A stretch of DNA of 64,000 nt, taken from Gemmatimonadota bacterium. GTDB taxonomy: Bacteria > Gemmatimonadota > Gemmatimonadetes > Gemmatimonadales > Gemmatimonadaceae. Position numbers and translations under genes: made by a program. Location of the stretch: NCBI GenBank assembly GCA_046732835.1, contig JBKPNY010000122.1:14004-78003 (forward strand), in the 5' to 3' direction. Below, one piece after another: positions 63,837-64,000 of this stretch (position 1 is the first letter of the stretch; each line of letters begins with the position of its first letter). Under the pieces are notes generated by a model. The model searched no databases, had not been told where the DNA came from, and saw only the letters and a list, made by a program, of their open reading frames with translations.

Positions 63837-64000
63837 ATGATTACAGCGATCGTCCTCATCAAAGCCGAGCCACGGCTTATTCCGCAATGCGCGACCCGTC
63901 TTGCTGGTATCGAGGGAGTGTCGCAGGTCTTCTCGGTTTCCGGAGAATGGGACCTCGTCGCGATGATCGAGGTGACCGACTACGAGGGAGTCGCGACCGT
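63837..64000 (+). CDS. Lrp/AsnC ligand-binding (RAM) domain protein, 3' end outside the window
   Basis: This ORF is not in the ORF track because no stop is reached. The ATG at 63837 gives MITAIVLIKAEPRLIPQCATRLAGIEGVSQVFSVSGEWDLVAMIEVTDYEGVAT, which matches the AsnC-type effector-domain pattern without a preceding HTH. Confidence 0.5.
   Translation, partial: MITAIVLIKAEPRLIPQCATRLAGIEGVSQVFSVSGEWDLVAMIEVTDYEGVAT

Noticed and set aside
1-64000. Mobile elements, prophage, defence islands, toxin-antitoxin pairs.
   Set aside because: I recognised no integrase, transposase, recombinase, phage structural, restriction, Cas or abortive-infection-type gene. The UvrD-type helicase has all standard SF1 motifs and no nuclease partner. 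The long inverted repeats lack any associated transposase.

Overview
This is a 64-kb chromosomal window from a GC-rich diderm bacterium. The gene content resembles Gemmatimonadota- or Acidobacteriota-type genomes, but the taxon cannot be established from sequence alone. The window is almost fully coding. I recognised no rRNA, tRNA, CRISPR array, transposase or integrase.

Left half (1-33.4 kb): there are four tandem pairs of a SusC/RagA-type TonB-dependent transporter and a SusD/RagB-type lipoprotein. A housekeeping minus-strand run (plug lipoprotein, dnaE, accA, PSP1/RicT-like, metG) interrupts them. No glycoside hydrolase, hybrid two-component regulator or ECF/anti-sigma pair accompanies these pairs.

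The main finding is that every SusCD locus is flanked by a barrel-less TonB-receptor Plug-domain protein. Three are small stand-alone Plug lipoproteins. Two are paralogous fusions of a carboxypeptidase-regulatory-like domain, a Plug domain and a TonB C-terminal domain, with a secretory signal peptide instead of the TonB membrane anchor.

Right half: it contains
- a UvrD/PcrA-type helicase;
- a seven-gene operon joining lipoate synthesis (lipA, lipB) to a pyruvate-dehydrogenase-type complex (E1 alpha, E1 beta, E2, E3) and a ThiO-like flavoprotein;
- a glycosyltransferase/DUF3108/amidotransferase operon divergent from an Omp85-like gene;
- an Opp/Dpp-type ABC peptide importer co-operonic with a POT/PTR2 peptide symporter;
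- an LplA-like ligase next to gcvP, with hup, gcvH, coaE and tdk following;
- a DEAD-box-like protein with degenerate ATPase motifs and a GPPRGRE-repeat tail;
- a truncated AsnC-type gene at the right edge.

Non-coding signals worth follow-up are:
- a block-structured heptanucleotide tandem array inside the accA/PSP1 spacer;
- a 31-bp inverted repeat (30/31 matches) bridging the lipB stop and the uvrD leader;
- a 103-nt AT-rich near-perfect hairpin in a 327-bp convergent spacer;
- a nested double hairpin at 4.2 kb;
- an inverted repeat of tandem octamers that would bury the start codon of the peptide-binding protein gene.

All domain calls come from motif recognition by eye. No homology search was run.
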